Assembly (NCBI GenBank): GCA_973895155.1
Contig: OZ316897.1
Coordinates: 18,324,457-18,388,456, forward strand
DNA: 64,000 bases
Direction of reading: 5' to 3'
Source of the DNA: Marsupella aquatica
Lineage: Eukaryota > Plantae > Marchantiophyta
Below are positions 47,252 to 60,243 of the stretch, piece after piece. Numbering within the stretch: the first letter of the stretch is position 1; each line of letters begins with the position of its first letter. The translations under genes and the position numbers were made by a program. The notes under the pieces are model-generated. The model saw only the letters and a list, made by a program, of their open reading frames with translations. It had not been told where the DNA came from and did not search any database.

Positions 47252-49465
47252 ACATCTGCATTGACTTCACGGTTTTTCCAAAATACTAATTTTCTTTGTT
47301 TCTAATAGAGAGGACACGAAATTCTTGCCAGTACTACGAATGCTCTACCACAACACCACCCACCACAACATTAAGATTTTTATGTACAAAGGTACCTCAA
47401 GAACTTTTATCTTCAGTGAGAAAAACTTATGCCATACACCACAAAGTTTGACAAGATGCTTCGAAAGACACGGTAACCTACATGGACTGCTCTAAACACT
47501 TCTCATTATGCTATAACACATCTACCCCGATTTTCACATATTCTTTCCCTGTCAAGCACATTTTATCCAACAGTTCATTAGACAGCAATTCATGTTATAG
47601 CAAACTAAGACAAAAGTGTACCTAACCTACCCTCACTGTAAGTTACTACCCTACTCTTTGATCTATTGTTCAATGAGCCAGCTGCATGGTGGGCCACTTA
47701 GCTTACTTAAACCACAGCTACACCTACAAGAGCTTTTGGTTACCCATAGCTCTCATTGTACAAAGCAAACTTTCAGTTGCACTATGAAGGGAGAGTGCAA
47801 TGCAAACTCCTTGGATTTGTCGTGATCACATCAGTCCATGGTATGGATTAATCTAGGGTTCAAAACGCAGAAGAATGGGCAGGAATGGGCAGGAGGGCGA
47901 GGCCAGGGGGGCATGAATGAATTGTGGCTGGGTAGGGATGGGGGCCTTTTTTCAAGGGCAGGTCTGGTTTAAAGAAACAATGAAGCACAACAAAATATGA
48001 CAGTGAATGAATTTTTTGTTGTTACCAATGCGTTGCCAATTGGGAATGGGCATCCTCTTGATCCGTTGTAAGTTGAAATAACTATAAATTTAGGCACATT
48101 TTCTTTGCCTGCATTAATTTGTTCCTTTGCCTATTTGTGGTCTTCTCAAGGTTGAATTGATACCACCTATGTACTTGCAAGGACTCCACTTTGTTTGTGG
48201 TACTTCTTTATCTTAACCTACATGCTTTATTGCACAAGAAGTACAGAAGAGAGGCAAAAGGGGAGTATTACTAATTCCTGGGTTACTCAATTCAGCATTA
48301 TTTTAACTTTTGCTTGAAAAGCATGTATCCAGGCACATGTAAAACATAAAACCAAAAGTGACTATTATATTACTAGAGACATGTGGACTACTTCCGCGTA
48401 ATGTCTAAGACTGAACAGGTCTTAGACATTTGGGAGCAAGTAGTAAAAATGCAATGGCTATGAGTACAACACTCTAGAATTTAAAGGAACTCAGCACATC
48501 AATAAATCTAGCTTTGGCCAAAATGTCATAAAGCGGTTGGATTGAAAGATTTATAATAATATTATAGTATCATTACATAATAAATCCCACCTCATCTCTA
48601 AAATATAAGCTATTCATATTTAGCAAGAAGCCATATATTCAAAGACTAATCCAAATGATATTTCTGCAAAACAAGTCCAGTGATATGGACCACCAAACCA
48701 CAATGCCTTTCATAATTAGTAATTAAAGGCCCAGAGAGGCATGACTTTGTGATAGCTCACTTGTAGAGACTGATAGGTCTTGGGTTCAACTATTGTGACT
48801 GACTCTTCCCGATCTATGGGGTTTCACAGATTTTCCCTTTAAAAAAAATCAATTCAAAAAAATAGTAATTAAAGAGCAAGAAATTAGTAAATTGTGCTAC
48901 TCAAAGCCCAGAGCTGACACAACAATATATAATAGGATAGACTGAATTAACTAGATTCCACATACTCATATGATACATGGACCACTGCTAGTCTCTTGAA
49001 TGGTAATGGTAAGGAGGGCTTGTCAATATTTTGTCTTTTAACTTGCCAACTAAAGTCATGTTAAATGATTGGATGTGAAAATGAATGAAATGACAAAGAT
49101 GAATTTCAATTCACATTGATCGTTTGGTTGATGAAAATTAATTGATGATCACGAACCTGCAAAGGCACATCCTCCTCATTGGTAAGAGTATTTGAGTCTT
49201 CAATGGCTCAAGATTAATTGAAGCCTTTGATATTGTGTGTGTTATTGTTCTTGAACAAATTAAAGGACAAGTAACAAGTTCTTGACGAGGATTATACTCC
49301 TAGGCTGAAATAATCAGAACCCAACAATTCAATGTTTCTGGAATCCAAGTTTGAAACATTTTGTTGAGTATTGTGTGTGTTGGAGTCCACTTTGGCTCAT
49401 TTGACTTTTTGGTTTCTTCAGGCTGTGAAGATTGACATTGACATTGGGATGGGATAGGTGCTAGT

Positions 49466-50470
49466 GGGATTGAGTACCAAAAATTTTAGAAACCATGTGC
49501 GATCCAAAATAGGTACTTTTTATGGAAACCAACTAAATAAATTAAAAGCATAGGAGGTAAAAATGTATTACAATCCTAGATATATAAAATATAATATATT
49601 TTATAGTATATACCTCTTATAGAGTAAAATAGGTAATTAATATTGAAAAAAAATTAATTTTTTTATAATAAAGAAATATTTATATTAGGCTAGACTTGCA
49701 GTGGTACCCCAATATGTACACTAAGTTCAAACTCTAGGATAGGTGATTCAACCTCTTGTAATTCCAAGCTTCTTTCTCCTGGACCATTTGATCCCAAAGA
49801 TGGGCTCTTCTGTGCAAGAACCTGTGGCTGTCCAACGAAATGTTTCCCTATCATTTGTGGCTTCTTTAGGCCAGCATCCTTCAATGGTCCATGTGCTATT
49901 AAACATGGGCCATACCAGAGTGGATAGGTTTGGTGACATGGTACAATAGGTAATGCTGACGGAAATGGTCTGTCATGCCATGTAATAAATACAAACATAT
50001 GCTCAAGGTTATAGGGCTAAAATCAATATCTACAAAAAGGCTTACAAAGAACTGCTACCTTATAAATAGATATGATAAAATAAATTTAAATTAAATTTAC
50101 ACTAAATTTCAAATTCTTAATGGACAATGATTGGAGAGAATCTGAGTCAATCATTCTGATTTGTATGTTGAAAGCCATGCATAGATGCATATTGAACACT
50201 TGGGGGTTAACTTAGTGTATATTTTGGGGTACAGATGCGATCATAACCTAATATAAATATTTATATTTTATAAAACTAATCTAAAAATTTTATAAATATT
50301 AATTACATTTTTTACTTTCTAAAAGATATATATTAAAGAAAATTCTATAAATCTGAGATAATACTATCTACTTTTGACTCCTTATGTTTTTTTAAATTTA
50401 GCTAATTTTACTAAAAATACCTATTTTGAATTGCATGTGGTTTCTTGCAATTTTTGGTAGTCGACCCCCC
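49466..50470. mobile_element. Old non-autonomous DNA transposon with about 270-bp degenerate TIRs (Mutator-like/foldback)
   Basis: 49466-49735 is an imperfect reverse complement of 50200-50470 (e.g. TACCAAAAATT...AGAAACCA...AAAATAGGTA and AAATATTTATATTAGG...GTACCCCAA...TACACTAAGTT). TSD not resolved. Confidence 0.7.
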
Positions 50471-53400
50471 GACTCTGAACACATCTAATTAGGCTACCTG
50501 GAAGGCTATCCTAGTCAAACCATTATAAATAAACACATAAATCTAAGCAAACGAGACGCCTGAGCAAGAAATATTTATGCAAAACATGCTTGTAAAGCAT
50601 TTACTACTAATTTTGGACATCACAAAGATTACTCAGTGAGTTTATGCAATGAATATATTCACCTCTTTTAATTGGTGGACATGGAAATGTTGAAGGTGTG
50701 TTAGGGTGATCATTGGCACCCATAGCACATGCCCTTTTTTAGGTGGTTTGGGATTTAGAATTGAGTAATCTTGACCAAGTTGTAACTCACAAATTTCCAG
50801 GGCCAAGTATCGTACCGGCCTGCAATTTGGTCATTGGCTTGTGGGGTTCCACCATCTCTTGGTTGCAATTGTGCCTCTCTAGATTGCAACTATGCCAAGT
50901 CAAGCTTTAGAGTTTGAAACAAATTGAACATAAAATGTTGGATATTTCCTGTAGCATTTAATGCACACAACCTAATCACTATCTGGTTTTGCTAGTTTTT
51001 CAAACTTATTCAAGAGTAAATAGATCAGATCATACATAGTCAGAGGTAGGTGATAGATATGTGAGAGTAAAACAGACTTGAGGAAAACCCATTATTTTAG
51101 ATTTTCAATGTCATGGGAATACTGGAATAGTGATGGCAATTTTTTGATGACAATTTATTGTGAGATTTAGTAAATCTACACATTCTATCTACGGCAGCTG
51201 GACTGCAAAATGAATCTGGAAGGGGATTTTGAAAAGAAAAACACAAAGGATCAACTTGAAAAGAAAAATTAAATTATTTAACTTTTATTTCATCATTTTT
51301 TATGTTTTGGACAGTAAGAGATTGCATCTGTACACAACTGATAGTGACTTCACATTAAGGTCTTTGGATGGAGGTTAGTAATAGAATAGATAGCATGTAA
51401 ATGGTCAAATTAAAGAATGGATTGCAACACATTAGAGACTATCAATTATTGAACTGGAACTTAACAATACATTCATTTTAACTATTTATTGTTGCTTTTT
51501 GTTTAATATTACATAAAAAATGAAGTCCTCTATCCTAGGCATATCGTGTTTAGCTCATGTGGTGAGACACAAAATGATAAAGGCAAAAGTTCATTCATTG
51601 TAGTCTTGGCATATGCCCAACATCTCTCTTTATCCCAAGAGTCATTATTGTAATTTGCATCAATGTATAAATATATCTCTGCATTTATGGCATATGAGCA
51701 AACCAGCTCCATTTAGTCTTGTAATTTTAAAGATGAGCCTTGTGTGCGTCTTCACATTGCGTTGCTAGCATCTAGCGTCCTTCCAGCTTGAATATCTTGC
51801 CTATAACGGGATTAAATTTATGCAAATTCAAACAACAAAAAGTGGTTTTGCAGATCTAAGTGGGTCATTCAAGATATACTTTCTATATAAACCAACATAA
51901 CTCAAAGATGCTCTTGGCATACTCCACACTCGAGGGTTTCACTTCCTCAAAATTGACACATGATGTGCGATAAAGAATAGTGTTAATTTATTTGTTCTAA
52001 GAGAAGACTTGGAATCTTTTTGTGGAAGAATTTTAGGGTCTTTTAAATCCAATTTTGAGTCTTGTAAGAACATTAAGATTTTTTTAATCAAAATTTTGGA
52101 ATATTCCAAGAATATTCTAGTTTTACATGGGTAAAACATTTCTTACATTTTACATATTGCAGGTGATGAGGGCCTTTAAATAGTGAGACCCTCGAGACTC
52201 TAAATAAAAAAAGTCTATCTACAATAATATTAATAACTTTCTAGGCACAAGACTATGAGAATAATAGCAACCTTGGAATTTAACCATAGAATTTTGTTAT
52301 GGAAAACTATCTTGCATGGTCTAATGCCTAGAGTGAAGCATCTCGACCACAACTCTAGGGTGATAATTAAAGTTGGAGTGGGGTGGAAAACTTAGATTGG
52401 GGGTTTAGGGTCTCATCACTTGAAACCAATCTCCTAATAGTGAATGGCAGTGGGCTTGAATGTTTTTATTAATTTGCCTTCAAAGAATGGGCAGTTGGCC
52501 TGGTAAGAATGCTTACCTGCAAGTAACCAGTGTTTGATACAAGACTAATGGATGCTCTCTACATCCGTCACCACCTCTATGTATGTTCAGATAACAACAG
52601 TACACTCAAGCTACAGTGGTCACCATAATTGGTCTTACAGCAGAATTTGCAAGGGAATTAGTGTTGATCCCTAATTAATGTAGGTAACCCTAATGTAAGA
52701 GTGGGGCAAGGTTGAATGCAAAATTGGGCTGGGTTTTTGGGTAAGACTATTTCTGTTTGGAATGCCATGAATGTGAGCAATTTGGATTTGTCAAATTGTG
52801 CTTGTGATTTGTCCTACCATTGTTGGCAAGTAGTGTAAGCTTGATGCGATAGCCTTGGTGAGGCTTTGCTCCCTAGCTTTAACTTTTCTTGTTTAAGTGA
52901 TCTAGGGTGCATGAAACAGGAAGCAATGCCATTGTATCTGTGATTGTAACATACACTGCATTGCACAATAGTGTTACTGAGAATAGTGTTAACAATCGGC
53001 TCTCTCTAAGCGCACACTTCATAAGCACAATAATTGGTTAATAAGTGAAGGGTGTGCTATGCTTCCTTTATCAAGTAATGTAAAACCTGGTTTAGTGTAC
53101 TTGCATATCAACTACTATGATGTTTAATGCCACCACAAACTTCATCATCTGCTTACAATTTTAGAAATGGATAACAAACCTCAGCTGTCAATTTTTTATA
53201 AAGATTTCTATGGACTATTGAATTGATTGACTAGGAGTGTCCAAATATAGACTTATTTTTATAGTAGAATATATACTATATGTGATGACTTGTATTACAT
53301 CACCTAAAATGTGTCTTGTCTACAAGTACCAAAGTATATATGCATATTGGGAGTAAATTTGTTCGGGGTAAGAGAAACTTTTTGGCTTTTTGCATAGAGT

Positions 53401-54889
53401 ATGAGAATTTAGTAGGGAGAAGAATGGGGACCTTTTGCTTTGCACTTCCTGATTTTTTCTGTTTTTTTAATTGTGCTGAAGGGAAGAAAAGGGGAGGAAG
53501 AGAAAAGCAAAGAGAGTGGCAAGGGAGTGAAGAAAATGGAAAAGGGGGGACTGAGGGAAAAAATTCCTTTCTTCCTTCCACATCCTTGCTCTCCCAAACA
53601 ACGTCACTTTTACAACAACAACATTGTTTTCCAAAATAAAATAAAAATGCAAAAGTGAAGACGGCTGCCTTTTGCAGAAATTAATCCAATCCCATTTTTT
53701 GTTATAATTCCATCTAAACTTCCAGCATTCTTTTTAATTTTTTCTATAAAGAACAGTTTTTTAGCGAAGGCCAATGAGATCAAACTCCCAACATTTTTTC
53801 TCCACAAGACCCAGCTTGCTTGACATGCCCCATCACCTCTATTAGTCTCACTCTAGCTTTTGCCCTAATTCTTTCACCAGCAGCGAGCCCAGCTCTTTGC
53901 CCCCACTTACATCGTTTGTCCCCCCAATTTTTTCTATCTTTGTACCATCCACAGTGCAGATTTCTTGCCCAACTCTTGCCCATATTCTCACTAACCATTT
54001 GAGTCTTTTATCCTATATTTTTATGTTGACTTGAATTACATCAATTGATCACATAATTTCATTCTCTATTTTGAAGAAAATCTGCGCAATTGCAACACTT
54101 TTCACAACAAAATGGGCAAGAAAAATTATGGCCGCTCATTCAAATCCAATATTATCAGTTTGATCCACCTAAAAACCCCTTTAATCCCCTACTCTTCACC
54201 CTCCATGTGCGCCCTGTATGCCTTGGCTTGCCATCTGTGCCTTCTCTTTTCACAAGGGGCCCCCCTCGAGGCATCAATGCTTGCAAGATAAGAGGGTGGC
54301 GGCAGCAAAGGGTGGGTGCGAGGGAGGGTTGGTGTGGGGAAAGGAACTAAAGATAAAAATTGGGAGGGTAACAAAGAAAACTCCCTCCCCATAGCACCAC
54401 AAGATCAAGGGTGGACCTATGCCTTGACCCCGCAATGTCCGGTTGCTTTTGCCCATCTTGTGCTCATCTCCCCTCCCATGCTCTCAGCCTCCCCATCCAA
54501 CATCATGTGTTTAGCAGCAACTTTGACCAAAGTGACAACATTTTGGCAGCAAGAACAACTCATTCGAAATGATGAGACTTTGGCAACCATAGAGTCACTA
54601 CACCAACATAGTGAAACAGGAACATTTATTTGCAGCTTCACATGCACTTCTATACCTTGCACGGCTTGCCAACAACAACAACATGGCTACAACAACCGCA
54701 TAGACACGACACCCTCATGACCGGAGCAACTGCATTGCAATAATGATCACATGGTCGCAACAAAATTTGAGATATCTGGAATTTTTTTTGGCATTACCTG
54801 TAGTTCTTTGAATTGGATAGTGAACATCTCTTTGGCTCGCTTGCATTTTGTTACATTTCTTCGCCTCACCCTAACATCTTTGCCTCACC

Positions 54890-55422
54890 TGTCGTGACAT
54901 ATAGTATCGTAGCCATAGTGTATCGAAAACATAAAAGTCACCGGCAATGCATATGTGCAAGCTGCTAGCAACCAACATGCATAGAAAAAGTCCAATCACA
55001 TTCACAAGTGCCAAGAAAAAGCAACTGAGATGGTATGTACGTAGTGGAGGTGTAAACCTCTGTATATAAAAGGCGTAAGAGAAACAATCGTACTGAAATT
55101 GAATCGAAAACCGGCGGGATGCCAAGATCGGTCGGGAGCATCTAACGAATCACTGTGTGAATCCCGTGTACGAAACTGACGAGCACTACCTGAGCTCTAT
55201 CAACAGCGATTCAAGAAGAACTGAAAAATGGCAAAGAAAAACATGCCCTAAGTAGGATTGGGTCCAGGCGTCACACTAACAAACACCTTTGCTTCAAGAA
55301 CGGCCCAGACTCGCTACAAGAGCATGACACTAACTCAAGTAGTACACTAGCCCTAACTATACTTAGCGGGCATGCGAGGGACATGCCGATGTGCACAAGA
55401 GGCACCGTCCCTCGGCATGACA
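54890..55422 (-). repeat. Complete LTR (533 bp)
   Basis: TG...CA ends. 55001-55422 aligns without gaps to 60240-60661 (about 15 mismatches by hand count). Confidence 0.9.
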
Positions 55423-55424
55423 GC

Positions 55425-55600
55425 TGTGGTGACATATAGTATCGTAGTCATAGTGTATCAAAAACATAAAAGTCACCGGCAATGCATATGTGCAAGCTGC
55501 TAGCAACCAACATGCATAGAAAAAGTCCAATCACATTCACAAGTGCCAAAAAAAAGCAACTGAGATGGTATGTATGTAGTGGAGGTGTAAACCTCTGTAT
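55425..55600 (-). repeat. Internal 176-bp partial LTR copy (equals 54890-55065), joined to the full LTR via GC
   Basis: TGTGGTGACATATAGTATCGTAG...ACCTCTGTAT, then a C7 run (G7 on the element strand). Confidence 0.9.
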
Positions 55601-55639
55601 CCCCCCCAGACCACAGCCAAAAGGAGGGCTAAAGAAAAG

Positions 55640-58600
55640 TCAGGTAGCACGTGGAGCACATGAAGGGCAAAACCATAACCCTTCTGGCACCTGGGTAAGT
55701 TCAGGCCGAGGCAGAAAAGATGGTACCCTCCATTGCAATTATCACACAGCAGCATTTGGTCAGCATCATCAATTCGCAAACACACTTTGCAAGGGTAGTC
55801 CATAGGTGGAATCCAGGTAGAAGTCACAATGGTGGGATCTAGGTTAGGCAGATGACAAGGGGCGCAATTCTTGGCATTGTCAGCAATTGTGCGCCCATTC
55901 CCCTTGTAACTCTAGCACGCCGGCCAGACGGTCGAATAACTTTAACCCTGAGAATAGTACGACTAGTAGAGGTGTCCAGGATGTTGTTAGCTTGCCGCTG
56001 CAAGTACACAAAATCTCCCACATCAAACTTCCTAACCTTGGGTTGAAAAGTGCCCCCTCGTGTGTGTGCATAATACAGTGTGTCCCTGTGCTGTGCAATG
56101 GCCAAATTCTCCATGGCCATGGGCATAACCCTCCTGAATATGACAGCCCTATCAAAGATCACATCAGACCAAGTCACAGCTAAATCCAAGTCCACCACCT
56201 GAAGCATGTGAGCAGCAATAGCAGAAGGTGGAACTGGGTGACGGCCAAACAACAAGAAATAGGGAGAAAAGTTAGACAATGATGCATGTCTGGACATCCT
56301 ATACCCCATGGCAATGTAGGGTAAGGCTAGGTCCCAATCCTCCTTGTTTTTGGTGAGGCAAATCTTTTGGAGGCCCTTCTTGCATGTCTGAACAATGCGC
56401 TCTGCCAAGCCATCTGCCTGTGGGTGATCTCGTGATGTCCGACAATGATCAATGAGGGCCTGATCAAGGAGCTCCTGGAACTCTCCTCTAAACTTTGAGC
56501 CCTGGTCAGTGAAACATTCTGCACAAGCTCCAAAGCGGCTGAGAACTTGTTGTAGGAATGCCTGGCTGGTGCTACGGGAGGTCTTATCTGGCAATGCCAC
56601 AAGTTCTATCCACTTGGAGAAATGCTCTATCATGATCATGATGTAGAGATTACCCCGAGACGTGAGGGGTAATTCTCCAGCCAAATCACATGACCAGCGA
56701 TAAAACATGCCCTGAATAGGGAGTGGATGAAGTGTGGGTTGCCGAGATGTGAAAGAAGTCCTCACCCTATCACACTGTTCACGCCGGGCAATAACATCTC
56801 GAACCTGGCCATGCATGCCTCTCCAATGATAATGAGGGACCAAGAGGCTGTAAGTCCTCTTAACACCAAAATGACCAAGCTCAGAATGTACCTTACGGAT
56901 AAGGCCAACCCTCTCATGAATGGGTGGAACCACCACTTCCCTGTCTGGCAAGTAGCGCACGAGATGATCTCCCTTCCACAAGTAACGCTTGGACCTTTGC
57001 TGAATTTGGTCTCTCTGGGTTGCAGTAACATGTATGGGGTACTCCCCATGCTGCAAAAATCTCAGAGTGTCGCTATCCTCCCATATGTCCACCACAGGTT
57101 GGTCAACAACGTAGCATGGTAGCAAAGCAAGATAGGTAGATGCATGAAATGTAGGCAAGATGGAAACCTGGTCAAAATCCTGCCGTGCATCTGAGGAATC
57201 ATTAGAGGCAATCAAAGGGCTGCGGGACATAGTGTCAGCATTTTGATGTGTCACACCAGGCCTATGAATTACCTCAAAATCATACTCCTGGAGTATGAGC
57301 GCCCAATGAGCAAGCTTGCCAGTAAGCTTGTCATTGGTCATCAACCACTTCAAGGGCTGGTGGTCGGTGTAGAGAACAAACCTGGTCCCATAGAGGTAGG
57401 GCCTGTAATGTATGACAACCCACACAATAGCAAGGCATTCACCCTCATAAGAAAAATAATGACTCTCTGCCTGATTGTTGCTCCTGGATGCATAGGCAAT
57501 GACATACTCTTTACCTTCCTCATCATGCTGGCCTAGAATGGCGCCAATCCCAAGGGCACTCCAATCTGTGTGTAACACAAAGACCTTGCTGAAATCAGGT
57601 CTTCTCAGCACCAGGTATTTTGAGAGCTTCTCCTTCAAAGTGGCAAATGCTGCCTCAGCATCTGTACTCCATGTCCAAGTCACATTCTTTTTCAACAAAG
57701 CATACAATGGGTGTGCAATGGTACTGAAATCTTTGATGTAGATCTGGTAGTAATTGCACAACCCAATAAAACTCCTCAAGGTGTGAAAATCGGTAGGAGT
57801 GGGCATTTCCAAGATGGATACCACCTTGGACCCAGTGAGCCATGGTTCCATTTGGAAGAATGCGATGCCCAAGATATAATACTAATCTGACAGCAAATTC
57901 ACACTTCTTGGGGTGTATCTTTAGGTTCACCTTCTTAAGCCTCATGAATAGCTCCTCAAGGTCAAGTAGATGCTGGTCAAATCCTTTGCTGTGGACCAAC
58001 ACATCATCAATGTAGCATTTCAGAAACTCAGCACCTTGAAGAACCTGGTCCATGACTCTTTGAAAGAATATGGGCGCATTCTTCAAGCCAAATGGCATCA
58101 CCAACCACTCCCATAGTTGGTTACTACCATGGAAAGTTGTTTCTTGCGGTCCTTTGTAAGCAACAAAATCTGGTTAAAGCCTTGCCTTAGATCCACAAGA
58201 GTGAAGATGTTTGAGTCTCCAATGCTGTCAAATAGCTCCTTTGGCCGTGGCATGGGGTATCTGTCTTGGGGTGTGACCAGGTTCAGTGGCCTATAGTCCC
58301 CACACATGCGCTTCTCTGTCCACAATCCACTGGAATCCTTCTTTGCTGGCATCACTGTAGCTGCTGCAAAATCTGATGTAGATGGTTGAATAAGACCAGC
58401 TTCATAGAGCTCTTGACCTCTCTCATCCACTAGCTGCCACTCATGCTTACTCAAACGGTGTCTCCGCCTGAAGATAGGTGTTTCATCAGCCAACTCAATG
58501 GAGAACTGCATAGTCTTGCACTTACCCAAGTCCTTCATAGAGAAAGCAAACACATTCTCATGCTTGAGGAGCAAATTCAGCAGCTGGTCCTTCTGTCTTT

Positions 58601-59135
58601 TACTCAGGTGGTTGCCCATGATGAATGTGTAGTTGGCAACACTAGGAATAGGACCTGATGTACTCGTGCTTGAAGAGCCAGAAGTGCCAGCCTCTCCACT
58701 ATCCAAGCTGCTAGCATGCTGTTGATAAGGTGATGAGGCCTCTCCAAGGCCTGTTGTACCTGCTGATCTGGGTTGGTCCACACCATGAAACTCAGAAATA
58801 TTGTCAGCCACGTTACAAGGGACCTCCTCCCCCCCAACACTTGGATTGAAGTGGTGAGTGTTGAATAGAGGTAAGTGCACCTGGTCTGGATGCCATGTAG
58901 CAGCACCATGGAGTGGTAGGGCTGGAACTCCTGATGCTGGATGAATGTACATATGAAAAAGGATGCAAGTGACCAGAATCCAAGTGAGAGCATTAAGATC
59001 CATTACCCTGCCAAGTAAAGCATTCCTGGCCAGCTTGGTGATTTGGGTGTGGCCTGTAGTACCGGATTGGAAGCCCATAGCCCGTTGTCCTGGGAATAGT
59101 GAGCTCTCAAGAACACGTCGGGTGCCTGACTGCAT
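55640..59135 (-). pseudogene. pol: pol: MTase-like C-terminal remnant - RT - RNase H - integrase - PHD finger; about 4 frameshifts
   Basis: RT: RMCGDYRPLN, DRYPMP, DLRQGFNQI, MPFGLKNAP, YIDD. RNase H: TDWS, YEGECLA, TDHQPL. Integrase: HSELGH, WSCDL, TDQG, GLAER. PHD: CKVC...CDNC...HLFC...WFCPSC. Confidence 0.92.
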
Positions 59136-59159
59136 GTGCTAATTATGCTATTTATCACT

Positions 59160-60243
59160 TGTAAGAGACCTCATGCTTAGAACCAATTCCCTTGAGAGCC
59201 TTGTCCCCTCCGGCATTTCTCAAGTTCCTTGGCTTCCCCTGTGTCTCTTGCGGTTTTCTCCAGATAAACTGGGTGGGAAGGGCGTACCCTTTTCCGCAAG
59301 GACTCCTAAGCACTTTTGGTACCAAGAGATATATGTGATCTACTCCAGATAATGGCAATAACACCAGAGTAGTCGGGGCCAAACCCACACTCCACAAATA
59401 TCTCCTCCAAGTGATAATCTTCTCTATTTGCTTCTATCAACTCTCGGCTATGATCTCTCTTCTATTACACTATTATGAACACACTCACATCCCCATCCGT
59501 GCATCTATATAGTATTAATGGATCCGACAACGCGATAATTGCAGTGTATCCTTCTTCCCCAAACTTTTGTGTAAGAACCTGCCTAATATCTACCTTCCTC
59601 TTTACTATCAACTTGATGCTCACCGTAGAACGCAAATTCAGAATCTGCGAACTCTCATTCAAATTATTGACATTCATACTTCCTATTATGCTTACTAACT
59701 AAGAGAGGTTCAGCGGCAGAGCCGTCCCTACTTGATCACAGGTTCGTGGACATTATATCTATGGTATTGGCGGCATAGCCGATCTTGCCAGATTCAAATT
59801 TCCATCTTCAAGGTACTCGAGCGGTGGCAGTGCCTTCCATGACCAAGAATCAAGAAACTTAGAACCCTTCCATCATAGAAACTGATGGCATAGCCATTCT
59901 GTTAGTCCTAGAACCAATGTTCAAGCATTCCTCCAATGCAAATGCACACAATATGCGCTCTATGCACTCTCTATCCTCACACTCATACACTTGAAATGTT
60001 GGAAAATGGACTTCCCTAGGAGGGCAAACCTCCCTCTTATTTATAGTTAGAGCCAGACCAAGAGTATCCTAGAAGATACTAGAATTAACTAGAACTTATT
60101 AGAACTTACTTTTTATCACGGTAAATTCTAGAACTCACTTTTTACTATGGTAAACTCTAGAATTTTACCAGAATTTACCTTTTTACTATGGTAAATACAA
60201 GAAATTACTATTTACTAAGGTAGATTCTAGATGTACTGCTTCA
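59160..60243 (-). mobile_element. Unrelated solo-LTR-like segment (about 1.08 kb) where gag/PBS would be expected
   Basis: TGTAAG...CTTCA ends, minus-strand TATA CTATAAATAAG near 60040, short (T)CTAGAA-type repeats at 60070-60230 and repeated GGCA(T/G)AGCC motifs. Flanks (TCACT/TAAGT) do not match. Confidence 0.5.

Noticed and set aside
48745-48800. tRNA/SINE-like A and B boxes (TAGCTCACTTG...GGTTCAACT)
   Set aside because: No cloverleaf, tail or TSD; too degenerate to call.
50500-54860. Genes in the AT-rich stretch, including short ORFs at 53300-54720
   Set aside because: Low-complexity ORFs without recognisable domains or splice structure; probably old TE debris that cannot be classified by eye.
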